64,000 bases of DNA. It comes from Mobula hypostoma (Eukaryota). The stretch lies in NCBI RefSeq assembly GCF_963921235.1, contig NC_086107.1:108750001-108814000 (forward strand). Direction: 5' to 3'. The position numbers and the translations under genes are program-made. Positions within the stretch are counted from its first letter, which is position 1. Every line of letters begins with the position of its first letter. The notes beneath the pieces were generated by a model, which saw nothing but the letters and a program-made list of their open reading frames with translations, was not told the origin of the DNA and did no database searches. Positions 50,733 through 63,800 of the stretch are shown piece after piece.

Positions 50733-51426
50733 CAGCAGTCCCCAACCACCGGCCGCAAAGCATGTGCTACCGGGCCGCGAGGAAACGATATGAGTCAGCT
50801 GCACCTTTCCTCATTCCCTGTCACGCACTGTTGAACTTGAACATAGAGTTGCCAACTGTCCCGTATTTGCCAGGACATCCTGTATATTGGGCTAAATTGG
50901 TTTGTCCCATACGGGACCGCCCTTGTCCCGTATTTCCCCTGCTAAGGTAAAGTGCTCCTATGAAACCTTTCATGCCGAAATGGCGTAAAGCAAAGAAGCA
51001 ATTACCATTAATTTATATGGGAAAAATTTTTGAGCATTCCCGGACCCAAAAAGTAACCTACCAAATAACACATAAAACCTAAAATAACACTAACATATAG
51101 TAAAAGCAGGAATGTTATGATAAATACACAGCCTATAGAAATAATAAATAAAGTATGTGTAGTGTAGTTGGGAAGATTAAGCCAAAACCGATTTGTGGAA
51201 AAAAAATCGGCACGTACGTGCATGCGCACACAGGTGCCCCCGCGAGGCTTCATGATCATGGTAGTCTTTCTCGGGGTAAACATAAGTGTCCCGTATTTGA
51301 CTGCTACTTTTGTCCCTCATTTGGGAGTGAGAAAGTTGGCAACCCTAACTGTAAAGAATTACAGTCCGCAAGAATATCGTCAATATCAAACCAGTCCGCG
51401 GTGTAAAAAAAGGTTGGGGACCCCTG
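50733..51426. mobile_element. hAT (Charlie-like) MITE with 8-bp TSD containing a second TIR element
   Basis: CAGCAGTCCCCAACC ... GGTTGGGGACCCCTG flanked by ATCTAGGG on both sides; inner TAGAGTTGCCAAC (50844) ... GTTGGCAACCCTA (51347). Confidence 0.9.
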
Positions 51427-52304
51427 ATCTAGGGGTTTCAGCCAGACAACAAACTGTGTAAAAACAAAAAAAAAATAATAATAAATAAATAAGCAATAAA
51501 TATCAAGAATATGAGATGAAGAGTCCTTGAAAGTGAGTCCATTGGTGTGGGAACATTTCAGTGATGGGCAAGTGAAGTTGGGTGAACGGAGTTTAGTTCA
51601 GTTTAGTTAGTTCAAGTGAAGTTTAGTTCAGGAGCCTGATGGTTGAGGGGCAATAACAGTTCCTGAATCTTGTGGTGTGAGTCCTGAGGCTCCCGTACCT
51701 TCTTTCTGATGGGAGGAAGACAGTAAAGAAAAAGTTTGTGCAAAGCAAGACATTGGTGTAAAAAAACACAATCAAAGTCAGGTCCAGAGTTGTGCAAGAG
51801 GTGGTCAGTAGTGTTTTCTGCTGAATGGGAAGGTCGGTTGGCTGCCTTAAGTAGCCCCTAGAGGGAAAAATGATGGGAATGTAGGCATTCATGTGAGTGG
51901 TGCTTTCTGATTGTCATAGACTTGGTAAACTGCATCTGTGCTGCATGAAACGATGACTCTAACTTCTTAAAGGACTTAACACAACTTCCAGCCCAGAAAT
52001 AATGCTATTTTCTGAGTCCACTTTGATACTTATTTAAATGCTTAACTAAACTCCAACTAAATCCACCATGGACGGTGCCAACCCCAGCTGCAAAAGGAGG
52101 AGGGTTGGGAAACTCCATCCCATAAGAAACCCAGAGCTACAGAGACACCAACAAAAACTCCAAAGACCAGGGAGAGGAAGAATCTTCAAACATGGGCCAC
52201 ACTTGGAGACAACTTAAAGAATTAGCCTAGGACAGAGGACACTGATGAGTAGGGATGATGGGCTAAAGAAGAACAAGAAATTCAAATCCCGACCCCTCCC
52301 CCAT

Positions 52305-52930
52305 GCAACACACACAAAATGGCGGAGCAACTCAGCAGGTCAGGCAGCGTCTATGGAAATGAATAAACAGTCAATGTTTTGGGCTAAGACCCTCCTTCAG
52401 GACAGGAAAGGAAAAGAGAAAATGCCAGGATGAAAAGGAGGGAGTAGGGGTAGGAAGCTAGCTAGAAGATGATAGATGAAGCCAGGTGGGCAGGAAAGGT
52501 AAAGGGCTGTTGAAGAAAGATTCTGATAGTGGAGGAGAGAGCACCATAAGAGAAAGAGAAGGGGAAGAGAGTCCAGGGGGAGGTGATAGGTGTGAAGAAG
52601 TTAAAGGCCAAAGTGAAGAACAGAAAGGGGAAGGGGAGGGATTTTTTTTGCCAGAAAGAGGAATCGATATTCATGTTGTTGGGCTGGATGCTACCTAGAC
52701 CGAACATAATATTTGCTCCTTCACCCTGAGGATGGCCACATCGTGTCATAAGAGTAGGCCATGGACCAAAACTTCAGAACAGGAATAGGAATTGGAATTC
52801 AAGTATTTGGCCACCGGAATCTTCCACTTTTGGCAGATGGAGCAAAGGTGCTCAATGAGGTGTCCCTCCAATTTAGGACGGGTGTCACCAGTGTAGTGGA
52901 GGCCACATCGCGACCACCAGACACAGCAGA
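52305..52930 (-). mobile_element. Penelope-like element 3' fragment
   Basis: ORF 52462-52749 IMFGLGSIQPNNMNID plus pLTR. Confidence 0.75.
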
Positions 52931-53346
52931 TTCACAGGTGAACTTCCCCATGGTGGGATTTGAACCGATTTTTTCCTGTTCTTCCTGATACCAGGCCAGT
53001 AACACAAACATCATGCTAGCACAGCCTCTGATGCGGTCTAGGTTAGAACGCCTACTGTTCCCTCTCCAGCTTTCAGTCTGTGTACAGACTCTAGAGATCA
53101 TGATAGGCTCAACACATTACACATACAGACCCTTTCTCCTCTGAATTGTCTCTGTGTTTTTTTTTCTGCACTAATGTCGTGTTTCGCTCAGCCAGTTTTT
53201 TGCACTAATAATTTATGTACAACATAAGGTCTGTGTGTCGTTGTCTGATTCTACTTGTAATGCTGCTGCAAGTAAAATTTCATTGCACTCTGATCCTTAC
53301 CATACTTGCACATACGTATGATAATGAACTTGACTTGACTTAACAG

Positions 53347-54985
53347 TGTGATGGATATTCACTTTCAAGGGCCTGAGAAGCTTATTACCAACCTCAGCTT
53401 TCTAGCACAGCTGTGTGACCTTCCCAAAGGGTCAGAGTTGTTAGTAATAAAGTTAAACTGTTAACAAAATAGTCTTTGTTCACCTTTTTGTTGTTATCAA
53501 GAACCAGACCCCAGTAAGTTGCAAGCAACAATCAGTTTGAAGCTGAAGGAAGAGCTTGGTGAAGTAAAGTGATTAGGAGACCTATCTCCATTAGCCAAAT
53601 GCAAGATAATGAGGTTAAGGTACTTAGCACATCACAAATGGTTACAAATTTGGATATTAGTGTACTCAGGGGGTCAGCCTTCACACCATTGTTTGGGACT
53701 TCTGTTGTCAGAAGCTTTTAAGACCATCTGTGTGAGTTACTTTGTCCCAGCAAAGGTAGCTGGAAAACTTCACATGCAGATGATGTAACCTAGTGGAACA
53801 TAGTATAAATACCACTAGAGTTTGGAGATTGTTAGGAATGGCAAGAGGAAGAACAACAGAAAGTTGGGTTTATAGAAAGAAGAACTTGAATTCATTCCTC
53901 AACCTTTGGTTTCCATGGCAGATGACTCATTCATTTCCAACTCATTGCTATGTTCTAGTTTCGTAAGAATTGCACCTGTGTTTGGAAATCCTTTATAGTT
54001 TATAAATCTTTTGTAATTTAGATAAATTAGAGGTCATCTGTGAGTGATAAACGTGTGTTGAGAATTATTTGTATGAATTTAAACATAAAAATAAAAATGA
54101 CTATTATAGTTATTAAAAATAAAATAACTCTGTTTAAACTACTAGTTTAAAGTATTGAGTACAGGAGGTGGGATGTTATATTGAAGTTGTATCAGATTTG
54201 GTGAGGCCTAATTTGGAGTATTGTGTGCAGTTTTGGTCATCTACCTAGAGGAAAGGTGTAAATAAAGTTGAAAGAGTACGGGGAAAAATTAAAAGGACGT
54301 AGCCGGGACTTTAGGTACTGAGTTATAACGAGAGATTGAATAGGTTGGGACTTCATTCTTTGGTACATAGAAGACTGAGGAGAGATTTGATAGAGGTATA
54401 CAAAATTATGAAGGGTACAGATAGGGGGTATGCAAGCTGGCTTTTTCCACTGAGGTTGGGTGGGACTACAACCAGAGGACATAGGTTAACGGTGAAAGGT
54501 GAGAAGTTTATGGGAAACATGAGGGGAAACTTCTTCACTCAGAGGATGAGGAGAGTGTGGAACAAGCTGCCAGCACAAGTCGTGCATGCGAGCTCGATTT
54601 CAAAGCTTAAGAGAAGTTTGGATAGGTACATGAATGGTAGAAGTATGGAGGACTGTGGTCCCAGTGTAGGTCGATGGGAGTAGGCAGATTAAATGGCTCA
54701 GCACAAGATAGATAGGCTGAAGGGCCTGTTTCTATGCTGTAATTTTCCATGACCTTACTTAGTTAGCTGGGAATATCTCCTCTTTGAGTGATGGAGACCA
54801 ATCAAGCAATGGGTATTAGCAGGTGAACTTTGCTGCAGAGGCTAGATAGCTGGTACTTGAAGAGTAGGTGAATATTGTATAAACTCCCTATAGCAGATGC
54901 ATCCATAGATATCTGTATTGGATAGAGCTTGAAATCATCTTTTGAGCTTTGAGCTTTGCAGACAGTGAACCCAACACTACCATAT
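53347..54985 (+). mobile_element. Old LTR-like repeat (family L2), interrupted by CR1
   Basis: Starts TGTGATGGATAT; colinear with the reverse complement of 33735-35475. Confidence 0.65.
54145..54750 (+). mobile_element. CR1 LINE ORF2 3' portion
   Basis: VRPNLEYCVQFW; RRLRRDLIEVYKIM...TRGHRL...FFTQRMRRVWNKLP. Confidence 0.9.
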
Positions 54986-55849
54986 TGGAACAGTCTCTGG
55001 TATGGTTTCAATCTGCTTGTATAATGGATGCTCTTTGTCCTCCCTACCTCCCAAATCACTACTGAAGACTGCTAAGCAAATTTGCATTGAATATACTCAT
55101 TTCCTGCAATTCGGGGCATTATGCCCTGCATGATTTCCTTGCCTTGATTGCTAATTTGATTTCTATTTTATACGTGAGGACTGATTCCTGCCGCACTGAT
55201 TTCAAAGCAATTCGTCTGACCGAGTCTACAATCAGTTCGGTTCCAATAAGCCGTACTCTGCTCTCACGGGTGGTGAAGTTATGGTCACTTCACAGGGTGG
55301 TATTCAGTGGGAAGATTTAATATCAGTCTGCATGCTCTCAGAAAGGTGGGTGGCTTGCAAGATAAGATAATCTGCCTTACCTTCTCATTCGTTCTCTAAA
55401 GAATGCATCTTCCCCAGAGACCTGGCTGGAAATTTACATTGAAGAACTTGGCTCACAGCTCCAGTGAGCTGGTTTCAAGCCGGGTGGAGTTTGCACATTC
55501 TCATTGTAATTCTTGGGTTTCTCCCGGTGTCCCGGTTTTTCCCCACTGATGGGATAATTGTAAATTCCCTCTCCTGTAAGTGGGTGTAAGAGAGATTGGG
55601 GGGGAGGCTGATTGGAATCTGATGAATGTATGAGAGAAAGCAAGAATAGTTGGAGGATGGATTTCCTTGAGCGTATAGATTTGATGGGCTGGAAGTCTTT
55701 GGTTATAAGAAACTTGGAGAACTATTAGGAGACAGAGCGTGAAACTTAAATATAACAGAAAGAGTATGAAAAGCAGGAGTGGAAGATGTTGTGTAAAGGC
55801 CATTTGGCTCCTCTGGGCTATTCTGCCATTCTATAAGCTCATGGTCGAT

Positions 55850-56820
55850 TCAAAGTTCAAAGTAAATTTATTATCAAAGTACATATATGTTACCATATAC
55901 AACCCTGAGATTCACTTTCTTGCAGACATTCACACTAAATGCAAACAAGCAACAAAGAAACAAGCAAAATAATAATAATATATAAGCAGTAAATATCGAG
56001 AACATGAGATGAAGAGTCCTTGAAAGTGAGTTCATAGGTGGAGGGAACAGTTCAGTGATAGGGTGAGTGAAGTTATTTGCTCTGGTTCAGGAGCCTGATA
56101 GCTGAGGAGTAATAAATGTTCCTGGGCCTGGTGGTGTGAGTCGTGAGGCCCTTGTGCCTCCTTCCTGATCAGTCGTGAGAGGTAAGCTTGACCTGGGTGG
56201 CAGGAGGACTCCGATGATGGATGCTGCTTTCCTGCAACAGCGCTCCACGAAAATGTGCTCAGTGGTGGGGGAGGGCTTTACCTGTAATGGACTGGGCTGT
56301 ATCCACCACCTTTTGTAAGCTTTCCTGTTCAAGAGCATTGGTGTATCAGGCTGTGATGCAACCGGTCAATATATACTTCACCACACATGCATAGAAATTT
56401 GTCAAAGTTTTAGATGGCATGTCGAATGTTTACAAACTTCTAAGAAAGTTGCTGTACTTTCTTTGTAATGGCACTTACGGGCTGGTTGCAGGACAAGTCC
56501 TTTGAAATGATAACACCGAGGAATTTAACATTGCTGACCCTGAATTAGATAGAGCTCTTAAACATAGCAGAGTCATGGGATACGGGGAGAAGGCAGGAAA
56601 AGGGTACTGATTGTGGATGATCAGCCATGATCACAGTGAATGGTAGTGCTGGCTCGAAGGGCTGAATGGCCTACTCCTGCACCTATTATCTGCTGTCTAT
56701 TGTCCCTTTCTACCTCTGATTCCCCCACTGAGGACTGGCTCATGGAGCTCCACTTTCCTCCTCTTGAACTCAATAATCAGCTCCTTGGTCTTGCTGACAT
56801 TAAGTGTGAGGTCGGTGTGT
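55850..56820 (-). mobile_element. Rex1/Babar LINE fragment with nested CR1 3'UTR (about 56543-56702, plus)
   Basis: LTLNVSKTKELIIEF; TEHIFVERCCRKAASII. Confidence 0.8.
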
Positions 56821-57899
56821 GATTGCGACCTACCCCTGCTCTGTCCTTGTCGCTCTTCGATACTGGGAATCCATTGATTGCCAGATTCAATGCACTCCAT
56901 GGCAGTGCACACACAGCTTGCTTGGGAAGTGAAGTTAGCAGGTCGGACAGTAACAGCTGAGGGAAATGGATAGTTAGAATTTCGTGTCGAGGTGCTTTAC
57001 CTGGACTGAGGAAGGGATAAACATTGGCACAGGACGACAAAGAAATGTCCCATAAGCTACATCGAAATGGAATCACAGGAATTATGGACATAGAACATAA
57101 AAAATTACAGTAGGAGAACAGATCCTTTGGACTAAGGATCCTGGTGCTATTCCAGACTAATCCCATCCATATTCCTACATCCATTTCTGTCTAGATGGTT
57201 CTTAAATGGTGGCATGGTAGCGTGGTGGTCAGCACAATCGCTATACAGTGCTCGATTACCGCCGCTCTCTGTCGGAAGTTTTGCGTTCCCCACCTGTTCA
57301 GTTTGGTTTCCTTCCACGTTTCAAAGGCGTACGGTTAGAATTCGGTTTGGTGAGTTGTAAGCATGCTATATTGGTACTGGAGGCGTGGCAACCCTTGTGG
57401 GTTGCCCCCCACCCCCCGAAAAATTCTCGGGCTGTGTTGTTCGGCAGTGCCAAACGGCGCGTTCCACGGCATGTTTATTCGTTTAGAGATATGCGTGTGG
57501 AATGGGCCTGTCCACGCCGCCCCACAACCCCCAACAACCCCGATTTGACCCTAACCTAATCACCAGACAGTTTACAATTAACCTACCCGGTACGTCTTTG
57601 GACTGTGGGAGGAAACCAAGGCACCCGGAGAAAGCCGACCCATTCTACGGGGAGGATGTATGAAGACTCCTTACAGAGAACACCAGGAATGAACTTTGAA
57701 CTCTGAACCCCGAGCTGTAATAGCATTACACTAACTGTTACGCTACTGTGAGAGAAGGCTGCGTAGTATCAATGCCAGGACCACCTAGATTCAAAACTAT
57801 TTACTTACCCCAAGCAGCAAGACTGATCAACACTTCCACCCACTAACTCCACCACTACTTTATTATTTCCCGTCAGTCACCTTATGCCCAGCATCATTT

Positions 57900-58265
57900 T
57901 GGGTGGTGGAGTTGGGGAGGCATCTCTACCAAAGGAGGTACAAGGTGCTCCTTTCCTCTGCTAGCCCGCAGGTCACCCTTGGGTGAGGTGTAGCACCCTC
58001 TTAGCCCTCCGATTAGGGTCACGTGAAGCCATGGGAGCAGGTGGTGGATGGTCGTATGAGCAGTCGGTGTATATCTGGTTATGTGACCACTGATGCCAGG
58101 CAGACAATCTCTGGAGAGTATTGACACTGGCTGGTGTCACTTCTCTTGTAAAAACACTGTCCAGAAGAAGGCAACGGAAAACCACTTCTATAGAAAAATT
58201 TGCCAAGAAGAATCATGGTTGTAAGACCATGAACTCCCACATCATGTGACACGGCACATAATGTT
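57900..58265 (+). mobile_element. RTE-related non-autonomous element
   Basis: Contains GAAGAAGGCAACGGAAAACCACT; homologues at 61505-61860 (minus) and 12655-12790 (minus). Confidence 0.7.
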
Positions 58266-60105
58266 GATTGTTTGATTAATCATTTTTCATTGTTTTCATA
58301 ATTCACTGCAGGACATATATATATAAAAGTATGTGAATGGCATACGTCACTATGCCACCGCATCACGTGCGTGCCTCACAAAGTAATAACGACACAGCGT
58401 ATCCAGGGCTGCGTGTTTTTCTTTCAATTAATTTGATGTTTTGGAATTGCAAAACTTAGCAAAAACAATCTAACCTCGCATGATAGCTAACACTCTGTAA
58501 TCTAGGCAGCATCCTGGTGAACCCAGCAACATAAGACACTGCAGTTGCCGTAATCTGAGGGCAACAAACCAGATGCAGGAGGACATCAGTGGGTCAGGCA
58601 GCAATCCAGATGAAGAGTCTCGGCCCCAAGATGCTAACCCTTCCACAGATGCTACCTGACGCACCCAGTTTCTTGTTTGTTAAACCTCTTCTGCACCCCC
58701 GCCAAAGCCTTCCCATCCTTCCTGAAGTGACCAGAACTGCAAGTGATGAGACAGTTTTGAGAGCTTCAAATTAATGTCATTCAAGTAACGGCTTCCCTCC
58801 CCCTGCTTATCAGCAAGAGTGGGAGGTGAATCCCCGGCCTCGTGACGAAGGTGAGAGGTGAAGGTGAGGTCCATTAATCTACAGCTAATGATGAAACATC
58901 ACATCCTAGCAGCGTGCCCACACAGGGTCATGAGAGGTTGATAGGGCTCAGGGGTGGTATCTGCTTGCTCACCACAGGATCTGCCTATATGACCACCCGT
59001 GGCTCCTCCTCCCGCCCAGCATCCACGGAAAGTTCTGGAAACCACGCAGCGCGGCCGCGTCCAGCAACTCAGAGGTAATTTGTCTTACGGATAATCTCTT
59101 GCAAGTCAGAAAGTCAACTTCCTTTTAATATAAGCAAAGAATCAGTGATGTGGAAGCCGGAGTTTCCATAGTAACAGAACACTAATAAAAGGTTAATATT
59201 TTCCTTTGGTAGCAGACATCTCCCTGTTGAGGCTGGAAATGCGACCAGCATAAACCTGGCTGCCTCATTTCAAACCCCAGCCCTGTTATTTTTAGGGCCA
59301 GTTAAGCCATCGTTTGACGTAGGCACAACCAGCATTAACCCGTTCACTGCCGAAGCCAATGCTGGTCACACACACGATGAGGGCAAGGAGGAACGTGTTT
59401 GGGGTGGAGGTGGAGGTACCCTCAGGTTCAGGGTCCTCATTTGGAAGGGGCGTCCCTTCAAAGGGATCAGGAGTTTGTGCATCTCTTTAGTGATTCAAGA
59501 GACCACGGGCGTTGGAATCTAGAACAACAAACAATCTGCAGGAGGAACTCAGTGGGTCCAGCAGCGTCTGTGCGGCGTTGTTGATGCTCTGGGATAAAAA
59601 TCTACATCAGAAATGTAAAGCTCCATAGATGCTGCCTGCCCTGCTGAGTTCCCACAGCAGATTGCTGCTACATCTCTATAGTACCTTTCTCATCCCTCTC
59701 AGGGCATCCCAATGCACCTGTATAACTAATCTGGTACGTCGCAAGTGTTCCCTCTGCTGTTTTGCCAGGAACGTAGCTGGCAAAGCAAACTGCTGGAAGG
59801 GGTCCAGGGGTCAGACAGCATCCGAGGAGGCAAAAGGGCTGGTCGATGCTTTGTGTTGAGACCCTGCTCCAGGACTGAGAGTGGAGATGGGTGTCAGAGA
59901 GACATAGAGTAGTACAACACAGAAGCAAGTCCCTCGGCCCATCTAGTCCATGCTGACCTGATCTGCCTAATCCCAACTATCTTCAGGCAGGCCATACCCC
60001 TCTACGTACAGTACCTCCCCAAAGTCTCCAGGAAACCTCTTTTCATGGTGAAGAAACTCAGGGCAGAAATGTAACCAGGCACCAGAACTGAGGCTGTGCC
60101 AATTT

Positions 60106-60108
<3 letters not shown>

Positions 60109-60162
<54 letters not shown>

Positions 60163-60398
60163 TAAGCATGAGAATGTCTGTGCAAGTGTATCAGTAAATG
60201 TGAATGAGTCTATGTGTGAGAGTGTCTGAATGTGAGAGTGTCAGTGTGTGAGTGTATCTGTTGAGTGTGTCAGTGTGAGTGTGTCTAAACGCATGTGCGC
60301 AAATGTGTATGACTGTGTATGGGTTTGAGTGTATATGAGTACTTGAGTGTGTGTGTGTGGGTTTGTGTCTGTATGTGTGTGAGTGGTGTGTATGTGTA

Positions 60399-60433
<35 letters not shown>
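60109..60433. repeat. (TG)n, degenerate TG-rich tract and (TA)n microsatellites
   Basis: Direct inspection. Confidence 0.95.
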
Positions 60434-60434
<1 letters not shown>

Positions 60435-60534
60435 CTCACAAACTTTCTCTCACACTAGTGTACACAAACATTCTCGTACGTACACCACGTACGAGAATGC
60501 TTGTGTACACTAGTGTGAGAGAAAGTTTGTGAGT
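60434..60534. repeat. Near-perfect palindrome, 48-bp arms, 5-nt loop
   Basis: 60434-60481 is the reverse complement of 60487-60534 with one mismatch. Confidence 0.95.
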
Positions 60535-61504
60535 GTGCACATCAGGCAGAGGGATTGGTATGTTCAGAGAAGTGGCCCAGACCGAGGCAGAGAAAGAGGA
60601 GAGAGGGAAGAGCAAGGGTGGACTGACACACACAGTTTACCCACAGACACAGCATGAGAAAGACACCGAAACTGAGGGAGGCACGAAAGGAAGAGAATGG
60701 AACAGAACGAGGTGCTGAAAGCTCTGTTGCCAGACCAACTTCCCAATCAGAATGCGATCCTCGGAGATTGCAAGTCCTCGCCTGTAAATCATGGATAATT
60801 CAGCCAGGACAGGAGCAGAATGTAGATCGAAAGCTCCAATTATTAGATTGGACATTGCTCCTTACCACTAATACTTTATAGTCAGCTTGTAAACTTTTAT
60901 ATAATGCATTTAATCAATTTTCAGTAAATGTGAGCACAGTAAAAATCACCTGTTCCTGCTAATAACAACTCCCTCCCCAACAACTGAGGTAAGACCAGGC
61001 TGACCTTGGCAGCCGACACAGTCGAACAGATCATCAGTATCCACTCCTGGATCTCACACCAGCTCACTCGGAGTGTGCTCAGCACAATAACACTGTCCAG
61101 GCAGCTCGTTCCTCATCAGGCAAGAAGGATGAAAAGGGAAAAGAACATTGATTGCTTGATTAGAAAAAAGAAGCTCAGCTAATTTTTTCCCTGAGACTTA
61201 CCCAAAAAATTTTAATCGCTAAATTAATTTGCACAATGTTCCATTCATCTGCTCGCATTAGGGATAATGAACACTCCAGGAACATCAAACATCTTCATGA
61301 CTATTAAATGCATTTTGACACCATTTTTGTTACCACTTGAAGAACTGCTAACAGAGATTCATTTAGAATTACTTACTTATCACACACACCATTTGCGTTA
61401 ACAACCAACAAAACTTAAGGATGTGCTGAGAGCAGCCCACAAGTGTCCCACTTTCTCCCTATTTCACCATCATCATTATGTGCCGTGTTGTATGACATCA
61501 TCAT

Positions 61505-61860
61505 TATGTGCCATGTCGAATGATGAGGGCAGTCATTGTCTATCCATGACCATGATTGTTCTTGGCAGATTTTTCTACAGAAGTGGTTTGCCGTTGTCTT
61601 CCTCTGGGCAGTGTCTTTACAAGATGGGTGACCCCAGTCATTATCAATACTCTTTTGAGATTGTCTGCCTGGTGTCAGTGGTCGCTTAACCACGACTTGT
61701 GATACACCCACCAGCTGCTCATACGACCATCCACCATCTGCTCCCGTGGCTTCACACGATCCTGATAAAACTTACCACCCAAGGGTGACCTGCAGGCGAG
61801 CAGAGGGAAGGAGCACCTTACACCTGCTTTGGCAGAGACATATCTCCACCCTGCCGCCCA
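61505..61860 (-). mobile_element. RTE-related non-autonomous element
   Basis: Reverse homologue of 57900-58265 with a (TGA)n-like tail. Confidence 0.7.
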
Positions 61861-62049
61861 TCTCTCTGTTTACCCTGTCTAATCTCGTCATGATCTCCTA
61901 CAACTTGATCAAATCTTCCCTTGGTCCCAGGGAAACACCTACAGCTTTCCAGTCTTATCCTCTTTAGTTGAAATTCCTCATCCCAGAACTATTCCAGTCT
62001 ATACTTTCTCCATGCTCTTCACATATCAAGTGCAAGTAATTCTCTATTA

Positions 62050-62150
62050 TGCTCACAGATCAGTAGACTACTCTTTCACCTGTGAGTCAGAAGGTCATGG
62101 GTTTGAGTCCTGCTCAAGAGATTTGGGTAAAAACATCTTGATTGACACTC
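62050..62150 (+). mobile_element. Ancient DeuSINE/SacSINE-like 5' head
   Basis: CACCTGTGAGTCAGAAGGTCATGGGTTTGAGTCC..AGAGATTTG...TGACACTC resembles the SacSINE1-type tRNA head. Confidence 0.5.
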
Positions 62151-62684
62151 TGCTTGAGATCAATCAACCCAGCCCTGGGACATCTCTGCAGAAGTTCCTC
62201 TCTGGCAGTTCCTAGACCCAGCCGTCATCAGCTGCCTTATCACCAACTTCCTATCCATCAGCAAGGTCTGGAGTGGGGACGTTTGTTGGTGACTGCACAT
62301 TGCTCAGTTTCATTCACAGCCAATGAACTGGCTCATCCATGCTCCTCATGCAACGAGACACAGATCACCTTTATAAGGTGAGGGGTAAGGTTTTTTTTTC
62401 CCCACACAGAGTGTGGTGGGTGCCTGGGAGGCACCGTCTGGTGTGGCGGTAGCGGCAGGTACATTAGAGATTTTTAAGAGACAATTAGATAGGCAAATGG
62501 ATAGGAGGGAAATGAAAGGATATGGGAATTGTGTAGGCAGAAGAGATTGGCTATTTGATTACTTATTTAATTGGTTTGGCCCAACATTGTGGGCCAAGGG
62601 GCCAGTTCCTGCGCTGTACAATTCTCTGTTCTATGTGGAGTTGGCGGGGTGAGGGGGTTAAATGGCAGTTGCAAATGGTCCAAT

Positions 62685-62830
62685 TACAAACAAGAGAAAA
62701 TCTGCTGATGCTGGAAATCCAAACAACACACACAAAATGCTAGAGGAACTCAGCAGGCCAAGCAGCATCTACGGAAAAGAGTACAGTTAACGTTTCAGGC
62801 CAAGACCCCTCATCAGGGACTAGAGAAAAA
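62685..62830 (-). mobile_element. Penelope pLTR fragment with hammerhead core
   Basis: Minus strand CUGAUGA-GGGGU CUUG GCCU-GAAA-CGUU. Confidence 0.7.
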
Positions 62831-63384
62831 AAGGTTGTAAATTATCCATAGTGTCTAGGTGAGCGTCAGAATCTGGGGAGGGATGTTGATGGGAATGTTT
62901 GGCGGGGGGAGAATAAAGTGAGATCAGTGTAAATAGGTTTTCAATGGTTGATGTGGACTCAATCTGCAGGAGAATTTGTTTCTGTGTTGTATGACTCTAT
63001 GTCTCCATAGCAATCGGGTATAGAAAAATGTCATAAGAACACCAGGCAATGGCCATCTCCAACAAGGAAGATTTTCTCCACCCGTCGTTGAAATTCATAG
63101 AATCATACAGAAGAGAAGGTAGCCTTTGACCCAACAAATCCATGCTGACCATGATATGCACCCAAAGGTTCAAAGGTTCATTTTATTATCAAAGTGTGCA
63201 CGCAGAATACAACTCTGAGATTTGCCTTCTCCAGATAGCCATGAAATACAGAAAAAATCCATAGAAGTAGTTGAAAGAAATTACATCAACCCCACTCCCT
63301 CACGAAAAGAAAAAGAAATGAAAACTCGCAAACCCCAAAGACCCCAACCCTTCCCTCGCTCAAAAATCTAATATATCTACTATA

Positions 63385-63800
63385 CCAGGTCAGTCCCATT
63401 GGTCTCTGTTTGGCCCATACCATACAGAAACTGTTCCTATCCACGTAGCTATTCAAATCTCCTTTAAATATCATTGTATCTCCCTCAATCACTTCCTCTG
63501 GCAGCTCATTCCATATACAGACCACCCTCTGTATACGAAATGCCATGTCAGGTCAAGTTTATTGTAATTTAACCATATACATGTGTACCACCAAACGAGA
63601 CAACATGTCTCTGGACCAGGGTGTAAAGCACAGTAGTATACATAACACACATAAACTTCTCACCTTTCACCCTTAAGTTATGACATGTGATTGTAGTCCC
63701 ACCCAATCCCAATAAAAAAAGCTTGCTTGCATATCTATACCCCTCAAAATTATGTAAACCTCTATCAAATCTCACTTCAATCTTCTACGTTCTAAAGAAG
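63385..63800 (-). mobile_element. CR1 3' fragments
   Basis: QRVVCIWNELPEEVIE and HNLRVKGEKF. Confidence 0.75.

Noticed and set aside
57001..57005. Possible 5-nt minus-strand microexon (cctcag|TCCAG|gtaaag)
   Set aside because: Weak donor and no supporting frame logic; likely chance.
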